Below, piece after piece: positions 12,292 through 24,562 of a stretch of DNA of 64,000 bases. The stretch comes from Selaginella moellendorffii (taxonomy: Eukaryota > Plantae > Lycopodiophyta): the NCBI RefSeq assembly GCF_000143415.4, contig NW_003314271.1, positions 2,733,729 to 2,797,728 of the forward strand, written 5' to 3'. The position numbers and the translations under genes were made by a program. Each line of letters starts with the position of its first letter. Position 1 is the first letter of the stretch. Under the pieces are notes generated by a model. It saw only the letters and a program-made list of their open reading frames with translations. It searched no databases and had not been told where the DNA came from.

Positions 12292-15200
12292 TCAGTACCG
12301 CCTATAGTGAACGTTCGGTGAACTCTTCCTCGTCTCGTAGTGTGACCACTGGACACCATCCATGGCTTTGTAGCCGCCGCCACGGTCACCACGGTGGCCA
12401 CCACCGCTACCACCGAAGCTAAACCGCAGCAAGAAGTAGACGAATCCCATGGTACCCACGACGAATGCGCTGAGAACCGCGAAGTTAAACGTGACGACGT
12501 TGGATGCCGGAGCCAAGTCGTGCTCTATCCAGGCCTGGATCACTTTGTTGCGAGTTCCTGGGCTGAGAACCACGCCTTTGGTTGAGTCCGAGCCGCCGGA
12601 GGACTCGGCCATGTCTAGGTGCTTTCGTGCCACGGAGTGAGCAGCGTGCTTGAAGCCAAAGACGTAACGGGGGCCCGGCCAGAGGCACTTAGCCGACCAG
12701 AAGGACCACGACTTGAACATGTTGCCACTCTCACAGTCCTGCAATTGTGATGGTGAGTCAAGAGAATTGATTTGGAAAGAAGTGCTTGCTTTTACCTGCA
12801 TCCGGAGCTCTTTGTAAGCGTCCATTAGAGGATCGTAGCAGAAGGCGGCCATGAGAGCCGTGTTCTTCTTGAGGAGGTGGTCACGGGCCTCGCCAATTCT
12901 GTAAGACAGCTCCTTCCTCTTCTCGTCCACGGTTGGAACCGACGCAAAGTCTTTAACGGCGGATGTGTACTCTTGCAGCAATTGTTTCCCAAGTGTTTCA
13001 GCCTGAAGAAAAACCGTCAGTAAAATAAAACATGAAGCTCGAGTAGAGACACAAACCTTTGCCGTGATGGTTTCGTCGTTGTCAGGAAATGGTGCGAAAC
13101 GGTTTACTTCATCCTTGTAACGCTTTTCTAACTGTGTCTCGAGAACATCACAGAAAGCCTTGACATTGAGCTCGTTTTGTGCCTAGAAAAGTCAAACGAG
13201 TTAAATAAAAGAGCGAAGTAGTGGGTAATCGATACCTGAAGTTCCGAGTAACGTTGCTTGGAACAGTACTCTACACACTCGTATTCGTGATACCGGTACG
13301 GCTGATATAAGTGACCAATCCAGGTGCTCTCACTTTTCACGGCATTTGCATACGCTGATTTTCCGGAAGCCACAGCTGCGAGGTTGAGATCCTGAAGCTT
13401 CTTCACGGAGAAAGGTTTCTGGCCCGTCTCTCCGGTAAATCCACCAGCTCGAATAGATGACTCGTAGGCCTGTCGACAAGTCTTTTCAGCATTTTTAAGG
13501 ATTCCTGAGATCTTCTCCTCGTTCAGGCGTTTCACGCGATCACATTTAAGCTGAATGTCTTCTTGCATTTGGTTCTTTGCCTCAGTGTACAGGTGACTGC
13601 CTTTATGTGGTCCAGCCAAAGAATCATACCTGTACAAATGCAAGATAAGAAAGCCGATGAAACAAAGACTCGCACCTTCGCGTGACATTTTTTTCTGCTC
13701 GAGTGCACTGAGCTCCAATCTCGGATTCTAGCATAGGCAGTACGAGTCCTTCAATTTGCTTCACAGCAGACGCACGCAGACGTTCTCCCAAGAGAACTAG
13801 TACTTCTTTAACCTTGCGGTCATTCTCCTCCCTGTTAACCGGTAAGTAAATACCAGAACAACCAAATCAAAGTATAAGTACCTGTACTGGGTCTTCATAC
13901 GCTCAATCTTAATTGCGAGTTGAGTTTCGCAAATTGGTTTGGCAAGCTCCTCCGGCACTCCGACGCAGCGCCGCTTGCAATAGTCAATGGATTTTCGTTC
14001 TACAGAAAAGGAAGTTTAGAATAGAGAATCCCCGGAAATTGAATAAAGCTCACCAGTGAAGGTCAAAACTCGTTCGAGTTCTTCAGTTGTAAGAGCTGAT
14101 GCGGCAAGAGACTTCAGCGCAGCATCTGAATCCGGCATTTCTGATGCAGGAAGCTTTCCCTTCATCTTCTGCTTTGACGCTTTCGAGAATGCTTCCATCG
14201 ATAGCTGGAAGTACTGAACACCGCCAGAGAAAGAGCCCTCCGCAATTATGTCAGCCAAGACATCTCTCAGTTTCCTATCCGCATTGAGAGGGAAATCCTC
14301 GTTGACATAATGCACCAGGAGTGGGATCAGCCGGGCGACATTACGTCCAGTAAAGTTTCCATCCCCTTTAGCCTTGAGATCTCCGAAAACACCCTGGCGT
14401 AGGCTGTCAAGGTCCGAAACGTATTTTGGATGCAAGGCGTCGAAAAGCTCTGTATCTGCAGCTAATCCTTCGCCACCGACTTGATCACGGAGAGAATTCA
14501 TATCGGTCGGAGTCCTCAATGTGTAGCACGAAATTCCCTGACTGAAGAGTGTGTCTAGAGTCATGTCTCCTGTCTGAGCATGCGCTGCGATGAACTTCTG
14601 GAGATACTTGACCGGCGAGGTCGCGGGATTCAGGTCCATGTCGAATCCTTGAACTACCCATGTCAGCGGGGGGAACTTAAGTGTCTCCAAAAGCAAAAAT
14701 GGGTCAACATCTATCGAACTAGTTGTCTCTGAAGAAAGAAAAGAAAGAATGCTCGTCAGAAGAGAACACCAAAAGTATGATCCTTACCAGCTGTTGCGTG
14801 AGCGGTGTGAAGCCAATTCTGTAAGTTAAACACCTGTGCCTGCTTGGACAAGTCGGCAAGAGAACTCACTGACTGAGCGTCACCTGAAAGTATAGCAAGA
14901 GAACTTGTCTAGGATCTCGGGAAAAACAGGTGGATCCTTACCAATTGTTCGCAGAGTGTTGTAAACAAGATGAGAACTTATCAGTGTCGAAACAGCGAAA
15001 ATCCTAGCATCGTAGAGCCTGGAGGCGCCATCGCCGTAGAAACCTTCGGTGTCCAGGAGAACGACGCGAGAACCATCCACGCCGCGGAGCTTCTCCTTCG
15101 GCAAGATTCGTATCCAGACACCCCTCGTCTCAGGGTCTGGCTTGGCACCGACAGTGAATCCACGCGTGGAGTTCATCAAAACATTGAGAAGGAAAGATTT

Positions 15201-15600
15201 TCCACTGTCCACGAGAAAAAGAAAGGATCAGGCTACATGCAAGAAAAGCAAAGAAGAAAAGAACATACCTGTGGTAAGGCCCGACGATGGAAACCAGCGA
15301 AACTGGCTCTTTGATGGCGGCCAGCTTTTCAAGAACTACTTCGTTTACCTCGAGCCTGTCGTGCCCCGCCGCTGGCTTCAAGAGCTGGAAAGCCTCCTCT
15401 TCCTCGTCCTCGCCGAGCGGCAAATCCGCAAGCGCTACTTGAAGCATCTCCCTCTGCTGCTGCGAAATCACGAGCGCGGCGTCGTCACCATCAGCACGAT
15501 CGTCATCTTCTATCACGGTAATCTCCAACTGCGCGCACAGGGACGACACAAAAACCCCGAGCACGGCCAAGGCGAGGACGCCGCGCCGAGAGACCCTCAT
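12292..15600 (-). CDS. Guanylate-binding protein (GBP/atlastin-fold GTPase)-like protein with N-terminal signal peptide and C-terminal transmembrane helix, multi-exon
   Basis: Hydrophobic leader RRGVLALAVLGVFVSSLCA; P-loop IVGPYH|SGKSFLLN; ETRGVW; LLDTEGF; YDARIFAVSTLISSHLVYN; helical region; TM FNFAVLSAFVVGTMGFVYFLL. Confidence 0.8.
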
Positions 15601-15603
15601 CGC

Positions 15604-15645
15604 CAAGAACCCTAAAAAACTAAAGCTCTGTTTTTAGGGTTCTTG
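15604..15645. repeat. Perfect 15-bp inverted repeat with 12-nt loop at the PPR stop / GBP start junction
   Basis: CAAGAACCCTAAAAA (15604-15618) ... TTTTTAGGGTTCTTG (15631-15645). Confidence 0.9.
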
Positions 15646-17590
15646 ACACCTGGTATGAGTTGAGATTTGCTAGCAACGCGTGAGAGGCGGCGCTCAGTGG
15701 ATCCACATCCCCGGCACGTTTGCTGGCCCTGTGCGATCCATCTGGGATTAGATTGTAAGCGCTGAGGAGCGATTTCCAGGCGGTCTCGTCCGGCACGAAG
15801 GGCATGCTGTCGATCAGATCATCGGCATCGCCCAGCCGCCCTGCCCGCCCCAGCAGATCCACCAGGCAGTAGAAATGCTCGCCCTTGGCCTCGATCGCGA
15901 AGTCCTGGATCATCGACGCGAAGAACTCGCGGCCTTCGCTCACCAATCCGCTGTGGCTGCACGCCGCCAGGACGCTCAGGAAGCAAATCTCGTCGATCCT
16001 CTCGCCCTGGAGCTTCATCCGGTGGAAGAGGTGGAGTGATCCAGCGGCATCGCCGGCGCGGGCGCTGGCGGCGATGATCGCGTTCCACACGAAGAAGTCG
16101 CGATCGGGGCAGCGGTAGAAGATCTCTTGCGCGGCGTCCAGGTGCCCTGCCTGGCCGTAGGCCGTGAGCATGGCGGTGGAGGAGACGGCGTCGCGCTGGG
16201 GCATTCGATCGAAGATCTCGCGCGCTTGGCGATGATCGTGGCCCTGGCAGTGGCCGGCGAGAAGAACCAGCCACGACACGAAATTTCTCTCGGGCATTTG
16301 CTGGAAATACTCCATCGCCGTGGAGATCCTTGGCTCCTCCTCCATCGTCTCGATCAGGCTGGGGATCTGCGCTGCCGCTCCCACCATCGCGTTCCAGGAC
16401 ACTAGATCCCGCGCGGGCATTCGATCAAACACCGCCGCCGCGTCGCTCGGGCGCGCCATGACGGCAAACCCTTGCAGCATCGCGGTCCAGGAGAAGACGC
16501 AAAGCATCGATCGGGTGTCCTCGCGGAAGAACATCGCGGCCGCGCTCTCGATCCGGCCAGCGCGCGCCAGCGCCTCGATCGTCGTGGTCCAGGATACGGC
16601 ATCCCACACGGGCATCCGGCGAAATATTTCCAGCGCTTCTTGTTCTTGGCCAGCATCCGCGTAGCCCGTGGCGACCGCATTCCACGCGACGCTGTTCCTC
16701 TGCGGCATCCGATCGAAGATCTCCCTGGCGTCGCCGATCAGCGAGCGGCGAGCGTGATTCACCGCCAGCGCCGTCCAGGAGATCACGTCCCTTGCCGGCA
16801 TTCTCTCGAATCTGGCCCTCACCTCCTCGATCGAGCCCGCGGCGGCGCCATCGTCCAGGATCGCGTTCCAGGACACGCTGCTGCGCTCCGGCATCGCATC
16901 GAACAGCCGCTTGGATCGATCGCCCTGGCCGTGGCCGGCGTAGGCGCTGATCATCTCGTTCCAGGAGACGACGCTCCAGCAGCTCATCCTGGCGTGGATT
17001 TCCTCCACCTCGCGCAGATGCCCGGCCTGGGCGCACGCCGTCACGGCCAGATTCCAGGCAACCTCGTTGCGCTGCGGCATGATATCAAAGACGCGCTTCG
17101 CTCCATCGAATCTCCCGTATTGCACAAACCCTGCTAAGATCGTCGTCCACGAAACCACGCTATGCCCGGCCATCCGCTCAAACGCGTTCTGGGCATACTC
17201 TGGATGCCCTCTTTGGGCAAATGCCGTAATAAGCATATTCCACACCACAACGTCGCGGACGGGCATTCTATCAAACGCGTTCTTGGCATCTTTGATCCAT
17301 GCGTTGTGGATGAATGCCAAGATAAGAAGGCTCCAAGAGAAGATATTTGGGGAGATGATCCCATGAAAGACATTAAGTGCCCTGTTGGGGCTTCCCAGTC
17401 TCCCATAAAGCTGGATCAAGAGATTTGAGAGGAATCTAAAACCGCTGTGATCCACTCCCTGGAAATTCAAAACCCTAGAGTGGAGCTGCGATGCGAGGTC
17501 GAGATTATCGCACGATTTTAGGCGAGATGCGACTAGCTCGTGTTCGTGCTGCATAGAAAAGTATTCTCCCGCGTAGTCTCTCTTAAACAT
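15620..17590 (-). CDS. PLS-class PPR protein rich in short (S/SS) repeats, truncated E region, 656 aa
   Basis: Repeated FDRMPxRDxVSWxAM motifs; FLSVLAACSHSG...HFYCLVDLLGRAG...MPFVPD; no DYW. Confidence 0.9.
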   Translation of the reverse strand: MFKRDYAGEYFSMQHEHELVASRLKSCDNLDLASQLHSRVLNFQGVDHSGFRFLSNLLIQLYGRLGSPNRALNVFHGIISPNIFSWSLLILAFIHNAWIKDAKNAFDRMPVRDVVVWNMLITAFAQRGHPEYAQNAFERMAGHSVVSWTTILAGFVQYGRFDGAKRVFDIMPQRNEVAWNLAVTACAQAGHLREVEEIHARMSCWSVVSWNEMISAYAGHGQGDRSKRLFDAMPERSSVSWNAILDDGAAAGSIEEVRARFERMPARDVISWTALAVNHARRSLIGDAREIFDRMPQRNSVAWNAVATGYADAGQEQEALEIFRRMPVWDAVSWTTTIEALARAGRIESAAAMFFREDTRSMLCVFSWTAMLQGFAVMARPSDAAAVFDRMPARDLVSWNAMVGAAAQIPSLIETMEEEPRISTAMEYFQQMPERNFVSWLVLLAGHCQGHDHRQAREIFDRMPQRDAVSSTAMLTAYGQAGHLDAAQEIFYRCPDRDFFVWNAIIAASARAGDAAGSLHLFHRMKLQGERIDEICFLSVLAACSHSGLVSEGREFFASMIQDFAIEAKGEHFYCLVDLLGRAGRLGDADDLIDSMPFVPDETAWKSLLSAYNLIPDGSHRASKRAGDVDPLSAASHALLANLNSYQVSRTLKTEL

Positions 17591-17868
17591 GAGCCGTCAA
17601 GACTAGGTTTTATAACGAATATTTGCCACCTTTTTTGCAATCCCTTTGGCGCTCATTTGCTTTTCAAGGCCAAAGTTTTTAATATGGTGATCTTTCATTT
17701 CCCTCAACTAAAGACACTCTTGACAGGCCAAGATCGCTGAAATCACTCTCCTCGCTCAAACGTCTCCTTGACATAACTAGAATGGCATTGGATCACTGGA
17801 TGCCGTAGCTGGCCTAAGCCACAATTCATTAAAGTCAGGATCCCGGTGATCCATGTACTAGAAGATTG

Positions 17869-20698
17869 TGTAGAAATATCCAGATCAGATCCACAAGCTA
17901 ACGTGGAGGCCATGTAAATATTTATATGCAGAAAATACAAAGTGGTAGTTATGGGAAAAGAATGCGTAACCGCCTCCAAGTCTAACATGGTATCCGAGCC
18001 GAGGGAAATGACGCTTGGGAGAAGCAACAGAAAAGTCTTGGTGAGAGCAAGCAGATCTTGATCACTCACGAGCCATTCTCCAGCGTGTGAACGATCGATT
18101 GCAGAAGAAGACACAAGAAAAACGACATCGAGCAATCGAATGCTTTTTGTCCAGCAAGGTTGCCAGTGGTTGAAACCCTTGCAGGAATGACGACAAGCAA
18201 AGCCTTTCCGATCCCGATGTTTAGTGGCACTGATTTTGAAAACTGGACGAAAGAGATTATGTTCATTTTTCTCCTATACGATTTTCTTAGAATTGTCCAG
18301 GGTACAGAGCTCAAATCAGCAGCCAGTGACTAAGAAGAATCGTTGTCCTTGATGGGCATTGGAACCTTTTAACAAGTCATGGACCTGCTTCCTTTACGAA
18401 ATTACGAGCTCTCCTAAACTGGTGAGCTGGGACAGAATAGAGGCCTAGAAATGTCGCTGGAGACTCGTCAGATCCCATTCTAAACCCGAAGAACTTAGAC
18501 TTCAACTCCACTTACTTGATTGCCAAACGTGGTCTTCAAGGTCGTCCAATGTTCAGCAGCTGTCTTTGTGAGGTCAAGATGGTGGTGATGAAGCTTTCCA
18601 AGTCCAATGCCCATCAGAGGAAAACACGTTGTCATTCCTCGCATGCCATTCTTCTTAGTCACTGGCTGCTGATTTGAGCTCTGTCCCCTGGACAGTTCGA
18701 AGACAATTGTCCCGGAGAAAAATGAACGAGACCAGTTTTTAAATTTAAGAGTTCAAGCTCCAATTTTACTTGAAGAGGAATCGGGCACTAGACAGCGCCA
18801 GCAGCAAGGCGCTCAGCAGGCGAAGAGAAGTAGTCTCAGCAAGAAACCGAGATCCCGCCCAGGAGGAGCAGCCAGTCTCATCTGATCACGAAGATGAAGT
18901 CCTCACGCCCTTTGACGATGGTTTCATGTTCGATACACTTTTTTCTGAGTCTGGTGATGCTGGTGCAGCAGCCGCAGTGCCAGCAGCTCCTCAGTCGCCA
19001 ACAGCTATGCCATCGTCTTCTTGTCCCTTTCAGACTGCAGCGGCAGAGTCAGTTACTTGTCACAGCGTGCCTTAAGAGTCTCGCAGCATGGACACAAATA
19101 TTTTGCTGCAGTAGGACATGCTTTGGTTGAGCCAAAGTCTGTCCAGGAAGCTCTTACTTCTCCAGAGGCAAAGCAATGGCGAGCAGCCAACTCGCTCCTT
19201 AAGAACCAGGTAAGGGATTTAGTTCCACTATCAGCAGGCCACAAGGTCGTCAGTACCAAATGGTTGTTCAAACTCAAGCTCAACACTACTGATGAGGTGA
19301 TGTGTTACAAAGCTCGTTTTGTAGCCAAAGGATTTTCTCAGGTGGCAGGTTTTCTGCCACCTGAGAAATTAAGAAGATTGTGGTACCATCTTCCCCAATG
19401 GTAAAGATAGTGTCCATTCTACTTCTTTTCCAGATTGCAAATTGCTGGAATCTTGAAGTTCACCAGCTATGGCGAGTTGCAGAAGGAGGTTTTTGTTTCA
19501 CAGCCTGAAAGCTTCATCTAGAAAGGAAGTGAGACGTTTGTTTGCAGGCTTAAAAAAGCACTCTATGATTTGCGGCAATAGCGCAGATTGTGGTATAACC
19601 ATGTTGACAGGTTTCTCTAACATCTTGGCATTATCAAAATTTAAGCAGATGGCAACTTCTACAAATTCTTTTCAAGACACAACTTCACTCTCCTTGCTGT
19701 GGATGACAATTTGATAACAGCCTCTGAGCTAAATCTGGTATGTTATTTTGAGCAATGTTTTTTTTTTATCAAAATTTGAGATCTCGAGGTGTTCTAGGCA
19801 GGTGTCATTGAACTCTCTCAGGCATACTAGGAGGAAGTTCTCAGCAAGCCAATTGCAATGCCATTTCCAACAAGTAAAATGCCAAGCCAATGGCAATGCC
19901 ACTTCCAACAGGCCTACTCCTTATGACAACACAAAGTCCTTTATCTGAGGAGGAGAAGTAGGCTATGGAAAACGTTCCATATAAGCAAGTTGTTAGATGT
20001 TTGCTTTATTTGGCAGTATGCACAAGACTAAACTTGGCCTTTGCAGTTGGCATAGAGTGTTATTAAATGGGTTATGAGATATCTAGAGAACTACATCGAA
20101 GTATAGGTTGAGATATAGCAACAAGTAACAAACTGCTCTCAGAAACAGTGGGAGCAGCCACAGGATGTATCTTACTCTCATATTAGGCAGGTGATAACAT
20201 ATCTAGAAAATCAACATCAAGCTACTTTTTTTTTTGGATGTCAACTGGACCAGCAAGAGGCAAGTTACCATAGCTCTATCAAGTACAGAAGCTGAGCACA
20301 CTGGAGCTACCTTTGCAACACTTGTGGTTGCAGCAGATTGAGATTCAAGTTCCACAAGATCTTTTGCAACAATTGAAGTGCCATCGAATTGTCAAAAAAC
20401 CCGAAGTACCATTCAAGAACAAAACACTTGACATAAAGGTACACTTTATTAGAGAGCACGTTGAGCGAAAGAAGATTTTCTTGGAGTACATTTTTACCAA
20501 GGAAATGGTTGCTGATATTTTGACCAAGACACTAGCTCGAAACAAATTTGAGCTACACAGATCAGATGCAGATCATGGAGCCTCCCTGAGTGGGAGTGTA
20601 GAAACATCCAGATTGGATCCACGAGCTAATGTGGAGGCCATGTAAATATTTATATGGACAAAATTGGTAGTTAAGGGAAAAGAACCTCGAAGTTTAAC
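17869..20698 (+). mobile_element. Degenerate Ty1/copia LTR retrotransposon with very short LTRs (5' LTR 17869-17987, 119 bp; 3' LTR 20597-20698)
   Basis: TG...CA 5' LTR followed by Met-i PBS TGGTATCCGAGCC (17988-18000); PPT GAGTGGGAG; gag remnant FSGTDFENW; RT EPKSVQEAL, KWLFKLK, YKARFVAKGFSQ; RNase H ALSSTEAE, DIKVHFIREH, MVADILTK; many stops and frameshifts. Confidence 0.92.
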
Positions 20699-21100
20699 TG
20701 TCATGTTTGGAAACATGACATGCACGACATCCTCCCAGACGTAGGGAAGATCTTGAGGTCGTCTCTTCCTTGGATAGAGATCAAAGCGAACTTCATCGAC
20801 CTTCTCGATCATCCCCGCCTTCCACACAATGCTCCAAAGTGAGAGGGCTTCCACTGTTGTCTGGTCTATCCGGGTCTCCCACTTTCCCTGGGCTCCGCGG
20901 GCGTAAGAATTTGAATGCATGATGAAAGAGACATCGCAATTTTGGTCGCAGTAGTGTACTATCGGGTAAACGTTTCTGCTGACTACCTTGCGAAGGATGA
21001 GATCCTGGATGTCCCATGGCAGTTCTGGGGGCAGAGGTACGCCAGGAACAGTTGCCGCGCCGAGGTTCGTAAGCTTTTTAGCGTAGATCCAGATGATCAA
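20699..21100 (-). pseudogene. Putative F-box-like gene interrupted by the copia element (3' part continues at ~17760-17868)
   Basis: LPPELPWDIQDLILRKV resembles an F-box motif; the paralogous copy at ~41450-41750 joins the two copia flanks. Confidence 0.4.
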
Positions 21101-21496
21101 TAAACAAACGTATTTTCTCTTCCCTTCTCCTAAGATTGTCTAGTCCTCGTGTATATGTTCTATGAAGTGAAAGATCACCATATTGACAAAAACTCAAGAG
21201 CTCCAGCAAACAAACCCTGCCTGGTTTGCAGTGAAATCTCAGAAAAGAAGACGAGCAAGAAAGCAGCAGCGGCAGCAGCAGCAGCCTGGTGGAAGATCTT
21301 GTAAAGTAACTTCGCGCCGATCGATCTTGTCATTTCCCTCCACGCATCCATCCCTGCATTCTCTAGCAAAAATATCTGCAGCTGTCAATCAATTCTTCCT
21401 TATGCTCGCTGCATTCCCTTGTATGTTATGGTATCTTAACGGGCTGTGGCTCACCCATTAACTTGATCCAGCCGTTGGCAGCCGTCGGATCAAGTC

Positions 21497-21660
21497 AGGT
21501 TCTCTGTGAAAATTTTACTGTTGTCAGCCACATTCTGGAGAACGTGGCTGACAGCTACCAGGTTTTAGAGAACCCACCTGCCAGCCGCCAGGTTCTGGAG
21601 AACGTGGCTGCTGTCATCCAGGTTCTAGAGAACTTGGCTGCCAGTAACCACGTTCTCCAA
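21497..21660. repeat. Subterminal 30-bp minisatellite (~5.5 copies) inside each array unit
   Basis: Period-30 CAGGTTCTGGAGAACGTGGCTG... repeats; also at ~24763, ~28030 and ~31297. Confidence 0.85.
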
Positions 21661-21683
21661 TCAGACGAGATGCAATTGCTTTT

Positions 21684-24000
21684 TTATTTTTTAATCAAAG
21701 CAAGCTTGAATAATTCAAGCTCACTTTGGCTATGACCATTGACTACAATCACATAATTACTCACAGAACAGTGGTGAAATGTGCTAGTGATCGTCGGTAG
21801 TGCTAAAGCTTTTACAGCTCTTGGATCTTTCGCAAGAGCTAAAAGTAGCTCATTGTCATCAAGATCTACCAAATAACATCAAAAGTTAGAAATAAAGAAT
21901 TCAAATCAAATAAACTTTACCTTTGTCTCCAGAAATGGATTCCTGCTGCTCGCCATGCTCCGGCACAAGCTCTGGCACAGTCTTGTGCACAATCTCGTGT
22001 TGCTTGTCGTGTCCACTTGAAACAAAGAGAAAACTAAATTGAAAGAAAAAAGGAAAGAAAGAATTTTCTTACCTTACTGCTCTTCAATCACGTCCAGAAC
22101 TTGGTGGTGATTCAGTTCCTGTTCGTGGATCTCTTCTCTTGGAGAAGGTTGTTGCTGCCCAAAACCACCTAAAATCGAGAAAAGAGAAAAGTCCATTATA
22201 AAGATTATAAAGTTTCTTACCAAAATTTTGTTGTTGCTGCTCACGATTTTGAGTCTGTTGATTGTCATTTCCACCTAAATTGAAGAGTGTTAAACCTCCA
22301 CAAAAAAAAAAGCTTTGAATTACCAAAAGAAACAAGATGGCAATCTTGAAGATCCAATAGATCTTCATTTAAAGGTTTACCAGCCTCATAGCACCGTACA
22401 ATATACTCCGATGCTTTCTGAAATTTGTCTTGGTAGTTTTTCAAACGACCAGTATGATCATACCAGTTATACAGAATAGATGACATTGCCATTCTCCTTG
22501 CTTTCCCAGAGTGATCGTACCTGTTAAAAAAAGAGGCATTAATGACAAAATGGTTAGCAAAAACCTTACTGTTCCATGTTTTCCACCCTCTTGTGTCCCA
22601 TCAGCTTCATATAGTCTTTCATTGGAGTGTTGCAAACACTCATAGTTGTAATTGCTGAATGCCGAATATCTTTCGCTGAAAGGCTCAAACCTGGAGAAAA
22701 AAAACTATGAGAAAACAAGAAAGCAGTTAGTTAATTACCTGTTTTTTTGGCAACCAATTTTACTACTTCAGAGATCTTATGCTCTCCTATCCGTGCCACT
22801 CGACAGTACCAATTATCAGTCCTGTTGAAACAGTCGTTACAAGCCAGGAAAAACGGCCGCTTGTTCAAGTCCTCCCCATCACCAACTGTTGGATGCTTAT
22901 CAAAAAAAAGCTTGAATGCCTTGTAGACTGAGGGAGCAGCTATTTCATAGAGATCCACAGCAGGCTGCTGATCCATGTTCTTACAATTCATCAGATCCAC
23001 TTCGTAGTTTTTGGAAACACGTTGGTTGAATTTGAGATAAAAAAAATTCTGATTAGAACCAATAAGAACAAAGAAAACAAATAAGAAACTACTCAATTGA
23101 ATATAGCAACCAACAACATCTTCCAAAAGTGTAAAATCAGTGAATCGCAAGTCGTACAATTCCTTCCTCCCATGTACAAGAAAGAAATTCATGCAGAATA
23201 GTAAGACTAACCGAAACAGTCCATTAGGACTGTTAGGTAGAAACTCTGGCAATGTGAGAACTGCCTTAAGCTCAGCCATCCACAAGTACACATGCTTTGA
23301 CCCTGTACTTGTTGGCCTTGTAGTTTCTAGTGTTGCTTTTCAAATTACATGGCTAGCAGCGTTCCTAGAATAAACAAACCAAACCAAACATATTAGAACA
23401 CAAACCACAACAAAAAGAACAAAAAAAGCAAGATACCTTGCTGTAAGAAACCTTGGATCATTCAGGATGTCAACTTCTTCTTCCAAAACTCCTGTTCTTG
23501 CAACTCAGGCTTCTCTTGCCAGCTTCAATACTCGGTTAAAGCAAAAAAACATATCCCTTAGAGTTGTTGGAGGGTAAGGCTTCCCATCGTCTCTCAAAAC
23601 ATGCTTGTAGAACAATGCAAGCTGGTGGGAAAGCTCCTACAGTCAGAGAAAGATGTAGTCACAAAAATCAAAAGAAAAAATAAGAAACAACCTTTGCAGG
23701 AAGTTCCTCAATCAGTCTCAGATCCTGTAAGGAAAATTCTGGGCCCTGTGCCTCGTGCCATGCATAAAACTTCTATGTTGCCTACTCATTCTTCTTTCGG
23801 GTCCCTGCTGGTATAACTAGTTTCATGGATTCTCGTCCTCCTCATTCGGAACAATTGGTCGAAAAGGTTGGCGGCCAACCTGCATCAACAAACAATTTCA
23901 ACCTGGAGTATCTAAGCAAAAAGCACTTACCTCTCTCCGACCACGCCCACCACGCCCACCACGCCCACTGCGATTCCTCCCAGGACAAACCTATCAAACT
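21684..24000 (-). pseudogene. Tyrosine recombinase (Crypton/DUF3504-like), unit 1, ~11 exons; start codon not resolved
   Basis: Spliced translation: IPAGTRKKNE*ATxKFYAW...LALFYKHVLRDDGKPYPPTTLRDMF...FLV(H/R)GRKELYDL...QRVSKNY...RPFFL...NWYCRVARIGEHKI...T|GLSLSAKDIRHSAITTM...MKLMGHKRVENMEQ|YDHS...MAMSSIL...TFHHCSVSN; internal stops. Confidence 0.85.
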
Positions 24001-24562
24001 CAAACGATTGCAAGTGAGTAAACAAGAATACATAAAAACTAGAGAACCGAATTCAAGAAAGGAGCTGCGTTCTCAACAAGATCAGCGGCATTCTGGGACA
24101 ATCCCAGATCAAATGAAGGAGGATCCATCTACAGATAGACAAAATCGAGAGGATTGAGAAGGAAAAACTATGAAATCCAGAGAAAACCAGGAAATGAGGG
24201 CAAACCAGGATTATCAGCTCTCAAGCTGCTCTCGACGCATACAAGCTCCTGCTGCCTTGAGCGCCACAAGAAACTGCTGCAAAATTCCTGAAACACACGG
24301 ACAAGGAGCAGATCTGGATCAATCTAGTTGCTATGCCTCAGATCTGACCTTGGCAAGCTGCTGCTGCCCTGCCGCTGCTGCTGACGCCTTGCCGCTACTG
24401 CTTTGTCGCTGCCATTGCCGCTTCTGAGAGAATCCGACAGCCTCACGGCGTCGGCACAAAAAACCCTAAAACCCTAGAAAACATGTTATATGTGACTTTT
24501 AGCCACGTGTTCTATGTTCATTCGACCGCTCTCATCCTCGAATAACGTTATTCCATGTGTCC

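Noticed and set aside
21427-21431. TATGG next to the left edge, reminiscent of CryptonS termini
   Set aside because: It lies outside the repeat unit and is absent from the internal junctions and the right end
21497-21660. Regularly spaced 30-bp repeats as a CRISPR array
   Set aside because: Eukaryotic context, degenerate contiguous repeats with no unique spacers, and no cas genes
23601-24427. Plus-strand ORFs of 71, 110 and 85 aa repeated in each unit
   Set aside because: Antisense to recombinase exons and introns; they recur only because the DNA is duplicated, and are broken in units 3 and 4
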